This document shows, in pieces, positions 50,483 through 60,343 of a DNA stretch of 64,000 nucleotides; position 1 is the stretch's first letter; each line of letters begins with the position of its first letter. Position numbers and translations under genes: made by a program. The stretch is from Promethearchaeia archaeon (GTDB taxonomy: Archaea > Asgardarchaeota > Lokiarchaeia > Sigyniarchaeales > SOKP01): the NCBI GenBank assembly GCA_029856045.1, contig JAHQWG010000028.1, positions 224,001 to 288,000 of the forward strand. Reading direction: 5' to 3'. The notes beneath the pieces are model-generated. The model was not told the origin of the DNA, did no database searches, and was given only the letters and a program-made list of their open reading frames with translations.

Positions 50483-52645
50483 TTAATTTAAAATTACGTT
50501 GTTTCCTTTCTTCTTGAGATACCCTAAATAACATGCACTATTAAAAAATTGGTAAAACTTTTTTCCAGTAATTTCTTCATTGTCTGCGTATTTATTAAAT
50601 TCATCAAATCTAATTATTCCTTTTTCGTCACCGTATGTTTTAACAATATTTATTAGAGTTTTTACATTTCTATTAACATATTTCTTTTTTTCTTTTACCT
50701 TCTTTTTATGTAGTCGAGATTTTATTTTTTCGATATCTTTCGTTAACTGCTCTATGGATTTTTGATAAATGTCCGAATATAATGTTACTCCAAGTTCTCT
50801 AAATTTATTTGAATCTACAGAATTTGATAAAGAGTCAATCTCGTCAATTATTTGACTAATAGACCTTTTTGCTAATATTTTATATTCTTGATTTTTCTTT
50901 TCACGGTATTCTCTCAATAAATCATGAAAATTTATAATGTTAGTTCCGTTAAATGGTCTACAGATATTGTTTCTACTTAATTGTGGAGTTAATTGTAAAT
51001 CTTCTGAAGAAATTAAAGTTTTTAACATAGTATTTTCTTTTTTTAACGAGATATAATTATAAGGTTCATCTACAGTGTATTTAGTTATTAGTATATAACA
51101 ACGTCCAGGAGCTTTTCTACCTGTCCTACCTCTTCTTTGAATCAAACGAATTTCAGATGGAACAGGTTCATAAAAAATAACTGAATCTACATTTGGTATA
51201 TCAAGACCTTCTTCTGCGACACTTGTGGCAATTAAAACATCAATATCTCCATTTCTAAATTGATTTAAAATCTCAATCTGTTTTTTCTGGCTGTATCCAA
51301 GTTCCTTTTTACTCATTGCTTGTCCAATGAATTTTTCTGCACGTAGTTTACCTTTAAATTTTTCATCAAAAAATCTTTTGAGAAGGGAGACCATTTCTCT
51401 GTATTGAGAAAAGATAATAACTTTTTGACAATCTAACTCAAAAAACTCTTTTGTAATTATATTTAATGTTTTTTCAATTTTTGGGTGATTTATTCGCTTA
51501 TTTTTATTTCTCCATTGTTGAATATATGAAAAAATGTACTGGAAATTTTCAGAATTTAAAATACGTTTAGCAGATAAAATATCATTATCAGCCTTTTTAA
51601 CTATTGTTTCTAAAAATGATTCGTATAATGTAATATCTTGAGTTTCTATTAGATCTTTTCCATGCAAAAGAGAGATACAACTTGAAGCCATTGAATATAC
51701 CAAATGAATGTCTATTTTGTTTTTTCTAACGATGTCTATAATTCTAGGATTTTTATAGAATAATAAGTCTCGAATATCAGAAATTTCACCAAATTTAGAT
51801 TCATATAAACATTCATTTTCGTATTTTAAACTAATAGTTAAATCTTTTGCGATGCTAAGAAAGTCAATTTTAGTATAATAAGTCTTTGGCTTTAATAATT
51901 CATTATCCAGAAAAAAAGAGAGATATTTCTTGAACAAAGATTCCCATACTAGACTTAGTTCCATAAATTCTATGGGCAAATCGACATATTCAGTAAAAAT
52001 TTCAATTGGAAATATGTATTCTTTTACATCCACATCCTCTTCAGTTCTATAAAGAACATTTTCAATGAACAGTTTATCACACAGATACTGAATTATTTCA
52101 AAGTTTTTTCCAGGAGATGCACTTAGAGCTAAAATTAAGGGATCTTTACAAGTCCTAATATATTCTTCAGCTAAAAAGGTATAAGCATAATTATTACGAG
52201 CTTTATGTGCCTCATCAAAAATTATTAATGAAACTTGAGATAAATCATATCGATTTCTTAAAATATCATTTTTTATTACTTGAGGTGTGCTAATAATTAT
52301 TTGAGAATTTTGAAACTGTACCATCCTAATAGGAGGTTGAATTTTACCAGTCATTAGACAGACTTTGTTTTTAGGTAAAGTTGTAAATTTTGAAAACATC
52401 TCATAATGTTGATGGACTAACGGGCGTGTTGGAGCCAAAACAAGGATTTTTGTCCAGTTATATTTTAATAATCTATTTGCTGCAGCAATGAGTCCAATAA
52501 TAGTCTTTCCTAAACCAGTAGGTATAACAACTAAAGAATTTCCAGACAAACATCTATTCGAAATATCAACTTGATATTGTCGGTATGAAATACAGTCTTT
52601 TTTCAAATATCTTATATTGAAATAAGTCGGATGTATTTTATTCAT
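50483..52645 (-). CDS. Hef/FANCM/Mph1-like SF2 helicase without ERCC4 nuclease domain
   Basis: YRQYQ, PTGLGKT, DEAH, LSASPG, HPK, TSVAEEGLDIP, IQRRGRTGR. Confidence 0.9.
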   Translation of the reverse strand: MNKIHPTYFNIRYLKKDCISYRQYQVDISNRCLSGNSLVVIPTGLGKTIIGLIAAANRLLKYNWTKILVLAPTRPLVHQHYEMFSKFTTLPKNKVCLMTGKIQPPIRMVQFQNSQIIISTPQVIKNDILRNRYDLSQVSLIIFDEAHKARNNYAYTFLAEEYIRTCKDPLILALSASPGKNFEIIQYLCDKLFIENVLYRTEEDVDVKEYIFPIEIFTEYVDLPIEFMELSLVWESLFKKYLSFFLDNELLKPKTYYTKIDFLSIAKDLTISLKYENECLYESKFGEISDIRDLLFYKNPRIIDIVRKNKIDIHLVYSMASSCISLLHGKDLIETQDITLYESFLETIVKKADNDILSAKRILNSENFQYIFSYIQQWRNKNKRINHPKIEKTLNIITKEFFELDCQKVIIFSQYREMVSLLKRFFDEKFKGKLRAEKFIGQAMSKKELGYSQKKQIEILNQFRNGDIDVLIATSVAEEGLDIPNVDSVIFYEPVPSEIRLIQRRGRTGRKAPGRCYILITKYTVDEPYNYISLKKENTMLKTLISSEDLQLTPQLSRNNICRPFNGTNIINFHDLLREYREKKNQEYKILAKRSISQIIDEIDSLSNSVDSNKFRELGVTLYSDIYQKSIEQLTKDIEKIKSRLHKKKVKEKKKYVNRNVKTLINIVKTYGDEKGIIRFDEFNKYADNEEITGKKFYQFFNSACYLGYLKKKGNNVILN

Positions 52646-52889
52646 TCGTTATTTTTTATGATTCTATTGAGAAATTAAAAGAAAATAGACTGTAGATTTA
52701 GTATTTATTTATATTCTATAATTTTAAATTTTATAATCTTATATTAAAAGATCAATAACTAAATTTATTGAATAGTTCGAAAAGATGAGATTTGCTAATT
52801 TGGAAAAAACGTTTTAAACACAAAGTAAAAATATTAACTATTTTTCTATTACTATGAAGAAGCAATTACATTAGTAGTAAATTGGGAAA

Positions 52890-53144
52890 ATGAAGGAAAT
52901 TCCAATTAGTCAAATTAGAAAACTTGAAAGAAATTTCAAAAAACGAGTTGAATTAATGAAAAATATTCCCTTAGAGCATTTAGAGAAAACATTTATCGAA
53001 TTATACAACTTAGGATTGAAGGAGTATATTGACAATGAAAAAAAGAGATTTCCTAATAAATCTACAAAGGATATAATTATAGACATGTATATGTTTCATG
53101 AGAAAATGAAAGGGCGAAGAAATAAATGGAAATATCGTTTTTAA
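52890..53144 (+). CDS. Small helical protein, putative antitoxin/partner of downstream nucleotidyltransferase
   Basis: 84 aa, overlaps the next gene. Confidence 0.55.
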   Translation: MKEIPISQIRKLERNFKKRVELMKNIPLEHLEKTFIELYNLGLKEYIDNEKKRFPNKSTKDIIIDMYMFHEKMKGRRNKWKYRF

Positions 53145-53752
53145 GCGCTTTTAAGCAATTAATTAATTTTCTTGAAGATTTAGAAAGAAAAAAAAAAGTT
53201 AAATATTTTGTAGTTGGTGGTATTTTAACTAATATATACTCTGATTTTAGGATCACTCGAGATATTGACTTTGTAGTAGATATTGAATCCGTAAATATCT
53301 CAATAGATGAATATGTAAATTTTTTAAAAAATAAAGAATTTCAACCCATTCAAGATTGGAAAACAGCGATTTTTTTAGCCATCGAATCTAATTTTATTCA
53401 ATTTTTAGATAAACAAGGGATGATAAAATTTGATAATTACTTCCTTGATAATTTTAGTAAAAGTAAATACAAAAGAATAGGAGTTTTCTCACTAAAACAT
53501 AGAGTAAGAGAAACACTTTTTGATACCGAATGTTGGATTATATCAAAAGAAGATTTTATTATTAGTAAATTAATATATGGTGGATGGCAAGATTATACAG
53601 ATGCTTTAGGATGTTGGATAAGAAACCAAGATAAATTAAAGATTCCTTATATGGAGCAAATATGCCGTGAACTTGAAATTAAAAGGGAGTTAGAATTATT
53701 GAGATCTGGAATTGATGATCCAGATGAATTTTTCGATGAAATGAATCAATAA
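53126..53752 (+). CDS. Pol-beta superfamily nucleotidyltransferase (DUF6036/AbiEii-like)
   Basis: YFVVGG...RITRDIDF, EDFIISKL, QDYTD. Confidence 0.75.
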   Translation: MEISFLSAFKQLINFLEDLERKKKVKYFVVGGILTNIYSDFRITRDIDFVVDIESVNISIDEYVNFLKNKEFQPIQDWKTAIFLAIESNFIQFLDKQGMIKFDNYFLDNFSKSKYKRIGVFSLKHRVRETLFDTECWIISKEDFIISKLIYGGWQDYTDALGCWIRNQDKLKIPYMEQICRELEIKRELELLRSGIDDPDEFFDEMNQ

Positions 53753-53789
53753 TCAAATTTTTTAGTAAAAAAAATAATAATTATAATTA

Positions 53790-55472
53790 TTATTCTTTAA
53801 CTGGATATTTTCCTGTACTTTTTGCTGCCCTAATCATTGCTCTGATATTTTCTGGTGGCATATCTCGCGGGATTTCACATCCAAAAGCCAACCAATAACC
53901 ACCACCCTTACCTGCAATCTTTATATGTTTGGCACAATCTTCATACATCTGTTTCGGGCTTGCATTAACAAGTTTGTTGTAATTAAGATTTCCCATAATG
54001 GTCACTTTATCTCCAATAAGATTTTTAGCCCATTGCAAATCTACTTGATAATCAAACTGAATTGCTCCACCAGGATTTGTTTCCATTACATATTTAATAC
54101 ATTGAGGGACATAACCACAGCAATGGATAAGAACGGGCAACCCCATCTTGGTTATTTTACTACAAGCTTTTTTCTCTGGTTCTAGTGCAAACCTCTCAAA
54201 AAATTTTGGCGACATAAAATATGCTGCGGATTCTCCTGCACCTATTATATCTGCACCTGCCTCATACATAGCGCGTGCAATTTCAATTTGCCAATCTGCA
54301 TACCAATCTAAAATTTCTTTAAACTCATCTGGATGGTCCATTATAAAAAAGATTTGCATGGGGTCTGCCCCTGCTAAAAGTGATACTCCTTGAAAGGGAC
54401 CTTCCGTCCATCCAATAACGGGTACATCATCTCCAACTTCCTTTTTTGCGATTTCTATACCCTTTATGGTTTCAGTTAACCGACCCGCATTCATAGGATC
54501 TGGCATGTCAAGATTCTTAAAATCTTCATATATAGATCCATGTTTAAGGACAGCTTCTGCAATGCGTGGAATATCATCGTGAGGAAAATCAATTTTTGCT
54601 CCACATGCTCCAGCATATAGCCCAGCATCTGTTGAGAAGCAGAGTGCATCCCAACCAAACGTATTATATACTTTTAATTGACCTTCAGCAATTTTTTCAG
54701 CTTTACTGCAATAAACAGAGAATGGAATTCCAGAAAATTTTGCGGAGAAAGATTGAGCGAAGGGCATTACTGGAACTCTATCCGGTTCTTTGTGTTTAAG
54801 TGAAGTCATAACACGATCATACGATGTCATTTCTGATTTAAGATCTTCCGAAAATTCTTTAACTTTAGGTATCAACTCTATAACATCTTTTACATAAGCA
54901 TCTATGTGTAATTTTTCTGCTAATCCGGGTGATCCAGCTGGACCGCTCAGAATAGTTCTAATTTTATGGCGTATACCTAATTTCCATAATTCTTCTTCCA
55001 ATTTGGCTTCTTGTTCTGCTGAATGTGTTAAATAAATTGCCGAAGCTATAATTCTAGCATTTGAATCTAATGCCGTTTTTGCAATTTTTTCTGGGGGGAT
55101 ATCTGAACCTGCATCAATAACCTCAAAACCGTGAGCTTTCAAATTTGCTGATACAATAGCTGTGCCAATAGTCCAAGGACCACCCATAACACCCAGTACA
55201 ACTCGTTCTTCAGGTTTTCTGGATTCTTCTGTGGAAACTGGGAGTGATCGAACACCTAATTCGAAGGCTCCGGCGGCTAAAACAATATCATCAAGATACA
55301 TTCCCTTATTTTGATACTTTTTACTTGCAGAAGTTATACCATCTGATAGAGCTTGTATAATTTCTTGAGGTGTGAATCCTTTTCTTTTGGCTTTTCTTAC
55401 TATACTTCCTATATGTTTATATTCTCCATTACTTGTTGCTTGAGTAATTTCTTCAAGAAGATTATCTGACGT
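53790..55472 (-). CDS. Fusion of corrinoid protein (cap plus B12 domain) and MtaA/UroD-family methyltransferase; probable ACG start
   Basis: The frame extends 57 codons beyond the ATG at 55301 and encodes the cap domain (SDNLLEEITQA...TPQEIIQALSDGI). C-terminal part has EPDRVPV, IHCCG and FGCEIP. The B12 motif reads GGPWTIG. Confidence 0.85.
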   Translation of the reverse strand, partial: TSDNLLEEITQATSNGEYKHIGSIVRKAKRKGFTPQEIIQALSDGITSASKKYQNKGMYLDDIVLAAGAFELGVRSLPVSTEESRKPEERVVLGVMGGPWTIGTAIVSANLKAHGFEVIDAGSDIPPEKIAKTALDSNARIIASAIYLTHSAEQEAKLEEELWKLGIRHKIRTILSGPAGSPGLAEKLHIDAYVKDVIELIPKVKEFSEDLKSEMTSYDRVMTSLKHKEPDRVPVMPFAQSFSAKFSGIPFSVYCSKAEKIAEGQLKVYNTFGWDALCFSTDAGLYAGACGAKIDFPHDDIPRIAEAVLKHGSIYEDFKNLDMPDPMNAGRLTETIKGIEIAKKEVGDDVPVIGWTEGPFQGVSLLAGADPMQIFFIMDHPDEFKEILDWYADWQIEIARAMYEAGADIIGAGESAAYFMSPKFFERFALEPEKKACSKITKMGLPVLIHCCGYVPQCIKYVMETNPGGAIQFDYQVDLQWAKNLIGDKVTIMGNLNYNKLVNASPKQMYEDCAKHIKIAGKGGGYWLAFGCEIPRDMPPENIRAMIRAAKSTGKYPVKE

Positions 55473-55618
55473 TTTTAATCAACTCTTTTCTTACAATTAA
55501 TTGTCTATAAGTTGTAATTTAATAAACTTATTAATTTTATTTAAACAATTTTAAAAAACTTGTTATAAATGATAATTATAAAACAAATTAAAAGAAAAAA
55601 TATAAATCTAAAATTCAA

Positions 55619-56113
55619 CTATAAGAACAGCTCCATGAAGATTTCATCATCATATTGCCCATCAATTTTAACCTGCCGCGTTAATACTCCTTTAGGGAAA
55701 AATTCTAAGCTGCGGTAAAAAGCTTGGGCTCCAACATTATTTGCTCGAACATAGATAATGATCTTTTCATAGGATTTAGTGCGAGCAAAATTAAGGGTAT
55801 ATTTCATCAAGTACCTTCCAATGCCCTTCCGACGCCATTCTGGGAGAATAATGGTGCCTAATACCCCAATGTGGTCAAATGAATCGGTGTATTTGCCCCA
55901 TAGATCCAGGGATTGGAAACCCACGATATTATCATTCACCTCTGCTAGGAAGATACCTTCGCGATCAGAGAGGAATGCAATGTAATTTCGCTCCTGTTGA
56001 GGAGTAAAAGGGTGATTCACAGCGGTGTAAATCCTTTCCGCGCAGACAACACCCCATATACCAGAAATGGCTTCTGCATCTTCAATTTCGGCTTTATGAA
56101 TATTAATTTGCAT
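55619..56113 (-). CDS. GNAT family N-acetyltransferase
   Basis: ILPEWRRKGIG, NVGAQAFY. Confidence 0.9.
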   Translation of the reverse strand: MQINIHKAEIEDAEAISGIWGVVCAERIYTAVNHPFTPQQERNYIAFLSDREGIFLAEVNDNIVGFQSLDLWGKYTDSFDHIGVLGTIILPEWRRKGIGRYLMKYTLNFARTKSYEKIIIYVRANNVGAQAFYRSLEFFPKGVLTRQVKIDGQYDDEIFMELFL

Positions 56114-56136
56114 TTTAAATAACCCTTTAAATAAGT

Positions 56137-56682
56137 TTAAATTAATGAGACCTTTTCCATAACTTTAAAAGGGTCTCTTGGATTTTCTTTATTTCGCCAT
56201 ATTAATGCAATATCTTTAATAATAAAAGATAATGGTTTCCAATTATATTCCAGTTCCTTTTTTATTGAATATAAATTTGATTTTCCTTTAATTTGACCTA
56301 AACTCAAATGTGGAGTAAATCCAGTTTTAAATTTATTAACGTCATCGCATTCTGGTACATACTCTAATAACTTTTTTTGAAGCTCTATTATTTTATCTGG
56401 AGGTTCAGGTTTTAACCAGAGGGTGTAATTTTCCTTTTTATGATGAAAAAAATCCATTTTTTCAAACCTAATCTCAAATGACTCAAATTTAATTTCACTA
56501 AATTCTTTAATTATCCAAGAAAATTCACTTTGAGGGTAAAAAGGATATAGCATTGTGATATGAGGCATCCAGCGGTCTATATGTTTATCGTATTTTTTAC
56601 GTATTTTTTGAATTGACCCCCAAATATTTTCTGGTGGAATAATTACCACCGCAGTATTATATACCTTCTTCATATTATTCAA
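56137..56682 (-). CDS. 2H phosphoesterase / 2'-5' RNA ligase family protein
   Basis: PHITM and PHLSL motifs. Confidence 0.85.
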   Translation of the reverse strand: MNNMKKVYNTAVVIIPPENIWGSIQKIRKKYDKHIDRWMPHITMLYPFYPQSEFSWIIKEFSEIKFESFEIRFEKMDFFHHKKENYTLWLKPEPPDKIIELQKKLLEYVPECDDVNKFKTGFTPHLSLGQIKGKSNLYSIKKELEYNWKPLSFIIKDIALIWRNKENPRDPFKVMEKVSLI

Positions 56683-57470
56683 ATTTTTTTTTCTGCATAA
56701 ATAAATCCACGAGTAGTGGTAATATCTAATTTTTGATTATTTTCATTTAAATAAATTTCTAAAAATTTTTCTTCAAATTCATTTTTTAAATTATCTGGCA
56801 GAACATTTAAAAATGGAACCATTGCAGCAGATTTAAAATATCCTAATAAATCCTCAAACTTTTTAAATTCATGAATAAACTGATAAGGTTCTATATTTAT
56901 ATTAAAAAATTTATTTTCTTTTAATATTTTGATATTTTCGTCTATTGTGAGAAATCTCCACGGGAGAGTTATTTTACGGAAGTGCTCTCTAAATCTTTTA
57001 ATTCTGTATAATTTATAAATCGTTTTTGTTAAAAGATTTCTCTCTTTCAGACCAGTTTGAATAGAAATACGCCCATTATTTTTCAACGCGTTATAAATTA
57101 ATTTATACAATAATTCAAGATCAGATATCCAATGAATTGCAGAATTAGAAAATACTGCATCAAATTCATTATTAAATTTAATTTTTAATGCATCCATTTT
57201 AATTAACTTGATATTTTTTAAGTTATTTGCATTAATATTTTTCTTTACTTGTTCTGTCATTTCCTTAGAGACCTCAATGGCAGTAATTACGCCATTAGGA
57301 ATTTTTTTGGCTAGTTCAACTGTAAGCATTCCATTTCCCGAACCTATTTCTAATATTTTCTCAGAATCTCTTGGATTCAATCGCTCAATTACCATCAAAC
57401 CAAGATTATATTGAAGTTTGGAATGTTCCTGATATAATTTAGCGTCCCATTGTAAAGATTTTTTTTTCAT
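56679..57470 (-). CDS. Class I SAM-dependent methyltransferase (trans-aconitate methyltransferase-like)
   Basis: WDAKLY, ILEIGSGNG, FDAVFSNSAIHW. Confidence 0.88.
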   Translation of the reverse strand: MKKKSLQWDAKLYQEHSKLQYNLGLMVIERLNPRDSEKILEIGSGNGMLTVELAKKIPNGVITAIEVSKEMTEQVKKNINANNLKNIKLIKMDALKIKFNNEFDAVFSNSAIHWISDLELLYKLIYNALKNNGRISIQTGLKERNLLTKTIYKLYRIKRFREHFRKITLPWRFLTIDENIKILKENKFFNINIEPYQFIHEFKKFEDLLGYFKSAAMVPFLNVLPDNLKNEFEEKFLEIYLNENNQKLDITTTRGFIYAEKKI

Positions 57471-57604
57471 AACTATAAAGTATTTAATATTAAAGTTAAA
57501 TTCAATATTTTCAGTTATGATTTTATTTTATATCAAGTTTTGAAAAAAGTATAAAATTATAATATATTTTACTCTTTTTATATCTTAAAAAAGTGAGGAT
57601 TTTC

Positions 57605-58372
57605 ATGGGTAAATTGAATGAATTGGATAGAAAATTAAATAAGTACCTTAGATTAGCTACTTTTCCAGTAGCAGCAAAATTACTTGAAGATAAAAATGAG
57701 TTAAACAAAATAAACTTCTTAAAGAAAACAGATAAGCAAATCGCCCTATGTCAAATATTCAGTTATTCAAGATATTATGGATGGACAATGGGATGCACTA
57801 TGGAGGATAATTTATGTCCTCTCGCGAATATAGCACTTGGTTTTGAAGAACCGTACAAGCTTTTTTTAGAAGGTGCTTTTTTTGTTGGTAGATATAATGA
57901 AACTAAAGAAGCAGCGAAAAAAACAACAGCAACAATGCCTAAAATACCTTATGGAAAGTTCTCCGCAATAGTTTCGGGAGCTTTAAATCGTGTAGAATTT
58001 GAACCAGATATTATTATGATTTGGGGAAATTCTGCTCAGATAATGAGAATAATTCAGGGTTCTTTATGGAAGGAGGGGGGAAGAATCTCAATGTCAACCT
58101 TTTGTGATGGGGTTTGTGCAGATACCATCGCAAAAGCATATCTTACGGAGGAATTACAAATCGCATTTCCTTGTCTTGGTGATCGCCGGTTTGGAATGGC
58201 AAAAGATACAGACTTAATAGCATCTATACCATACAGAGTTGTTGATTCAATAATAAAAGGAATGGAGAAGACTCATAAAGCTGGCACAAGATATCCAATA
58301 CCTTATGAACTGAGCACACCTGAGTTCTTTGTCAAATTAAAAAAACAATTAGATAAAGTCAAAAAAGATTAA
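57605..58372 (+). CDS. DUF169 family protein
   Basis: FPVAAK, ALCQ, NLCP...LG, CDGVC, PCLGDR. The ATG at 57605 is preferred over the GTG at 57593. Confidence 0.8.
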   Translation: MGKLNELDRKLNKYLRLATFPVAAKLLEDKNELNKINFLKKTDKQIALCQIFSYSRYYGWTMGCTMEDNLCPLANIALGFEEPYKLFLEGAFFVGRYNETKEAAKKTTATMPKIPYGKFSAIVSGALNRVEFEPDIIMIWGNSAQIMRIIQGSLWKEGGRISMSTFCDGVCADTIAKAYLTEELQIAFPCLGDRRFGMAKDTDLIASIPYRVVDSIIKGMEKTHKAGTRYPIPYELSTPEFFVKLKKQLDKVKKD

Positions 58373-58417
58373 TTCTTTTTTCATCATCCATAAGATGTAA
58401 AATAATTAAATATTAAA

Positions 58418-59533
58418 ATGAATATGATAAGAATTCGAGCACCTGGGAGGATTTGTTTATTTGGGGAGCATCAAGATTATTTAGGATTTCCAGTTATTTC
58501 GATGGCATTTTCTAAATACATTTATTTAGAAGCTGAACCAATAATTGATCCCAAATTCATAATAGAATTAACAGATATGGGATATAACGATGAATTTTTA
58601 CTCAATAATAATGAAGTTGATTATTTATCAAATCGAGATTATTTAAGAAGTGGATATAATCTTTTTATTAGATCAGATGCAAAGTTCAATAAAGGTTATA
58701 AAATAAAAATATCAGGAGATATCCCAATTAATGCTGGTTGCGGAAGTTCTTCTGCTTTAATAATCGCATGGCTATTTTTTTTAGCTCACGTTTCTAATCG
58801 TCATCTGAACTTAGAAGATCTTGCAAAATTGGGTTATTCTGCGGAAGTACGAGAATTTGGAGAGGCAGGGGGTATGATGGATCATTATACATCTGCATTA
58901 GGTAAACTAATTTATTTAGAGACATATCCAGAATTTATACCATTAAACTTTAATATAAATATCGAACATTTTATTCTCGGTAATTCTAAAGGGTCTAAAG
59001 ATACAATTGAAGATTTACATAAAGTTAAAAACCGGGCATTAAAAACATTTAAGATATTAAAAGAAATTATGAAAGAATTTAATCCTTATAGAACTAGTCT
59101 TAACGAAATTGAAGAATATCTCCCCAATCTTAATAAGGATCTTCGAAAAATATTAATTGGAAACATAATAAACCGGGATATTACCCAAAAAGCTAAAATA
59201 CTTATTACTAATTACATCCAAAAAAGTTCCAAGATTATAATTGAAAAAAATCAAAACATTGAGTTAGAATTTTACGGAGAATTGGGAAATTTATTAACTG
59301 AACACCATCGGCAATTATCTGGTAATATAGGGATTTCTACTCCAAAAATTGAGAAAATGATATCAATTGCTATTGAAAATGGTGCTTTTGGAGCAAAAAT
59401 CAACGGTTCAGGATTTGGAGGATGTATGTTTGCTTTAGCTTCTGAAAATAAAAAAGAAATAATGGATAACATTGCAGAGGTTGGGGGGATAGGTTATACA
59501 GTTAAAACAAGTGAAGGAGTTGAGCTTTATTGA
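58418..59533 (+). CDS. GHMP kinase (galactokinase-like sugar kinase)
   Basis: APGRICLFGEHQDY, PINAGCGSSSA, GMMDH, GAKINGSGFGG. Confidence 0.88.
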   Translation: MNMIRIRAPGRICLFGEHQDYLGFPVISMAFSKYIYLEAEPIIDPKFIIELTDMGYNDEFLLNNNEVDYLSNRDYLRSGYNLFIRSDAKFNKGYKIKISGDIPINAGCGSSSALIIAWLFFLAHVSNRHLNLEDLAKLGYSAEVREFGEAGGMMDHYTSALGKLIYLETYPEFIPLNFNINIEHFILGNSKGSKDTIEDLHKVKNRALKTFKILKEIMKEFNPYRTSLNEIEEYLPNLNKDLRKILIGNIINRDITQKAKILITNYIQKSSKIIIEKNQNIELEFYGELGNLLTEHHRQLSGNIGISTPKIEKMISIAIENGAFGAKINGSGFGGCMFALASENKKEIMDNIAEVGGIGYTVKTSEGVELY

Positions 59534-60273
59534 AAGCGGTTATTTTGGCAGCCGGTAAAGGTTTAAGAATGCGTCCTTTAACAGAAAGACTACCTAAACC
59601 AATGCTGGAACTGCATGGAAAACCAATTTTACAATATATTATTGAGGGTTTAAGAATCGCCAATTTTAATGAAATTGCGTTAATTGTTGGATATAAACAT
59701 GAATTCATTAGAAAATATTTTAGAAATGGAGAGAATTTTGGTGTTCGGATAAATTATATTTTACAAGCAGACCAAAAAGGAACCGGACATGCAACTTTAT
59801 TGGCCGAACAGTTTTGCGGAGATGAACAATTTCTCCTAACTTATTCAGATGTATTAATATCATATAGTATCTATCAAGAATTATATAAATCATACAAAGA
59901 ACAAAATGAAAGGTTTGTATTGGTAGCAAATCCAACCAACGACCCATATAGAGGTGCTGCAATTTATTATGAAAATGATTATGTTACAGAAATTATCGAA
60001 AAACCTCCAAAAGGGACATCTAAATCAAAATTAAACAATTCAGGTATATTTATCTTATCTCCACAAATCTTTCAAATTTTAAGAAAAACTCCTGATTCTA
60101 TAAGAGGAGAAATTGAACTGACTGAAGCAATTAAATTGGGAATATTAAATCAAAATATAAAATTTAGGCTGATAATGGTGAAAGAGTATCAAATTAGGAA
60201 AGATCTTGGAGATACTAAGGATTATGAAGAATTAATGAATACTACAAAATGGTTAGAAAAACTTAAACAATGA
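59530..60273 (+). CDS. Sugar-phosphate nucleotidyltransferase
   Basis: AVILAAGKGLRMRPLT..PKPM, GTGHA, EKP, RGEIELT. Confidence 0.9.
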   Translation: MKAVILAAGKGLRMRPLTERLPKPMLELHGKPILQYIIEGLRIANFNEIALIVGYKHEFIRKYFRNGENFGVRINYILQADQKGTGHATLLAEQFCGDEQFLLTYSDVLISYSIYQELYKSYKEQNERFVLVANPTNDPYRGAAIYYENDYVTEIIEKPPKGTSKSKLNNSGIFILSPQIFQILRKTPDSIRGEIELTEAIKLGILNQNIKFRLIMVKEYQIRKDLGDTKDYEELMNTTKWLEKLKQ

Positions 60274-60343
60274 AAAATTTATAGATTCCTTAATTCTTTG
60301 AAATATTATTCACGATTTTTGATAATAATTTGGGGTTATAAAG

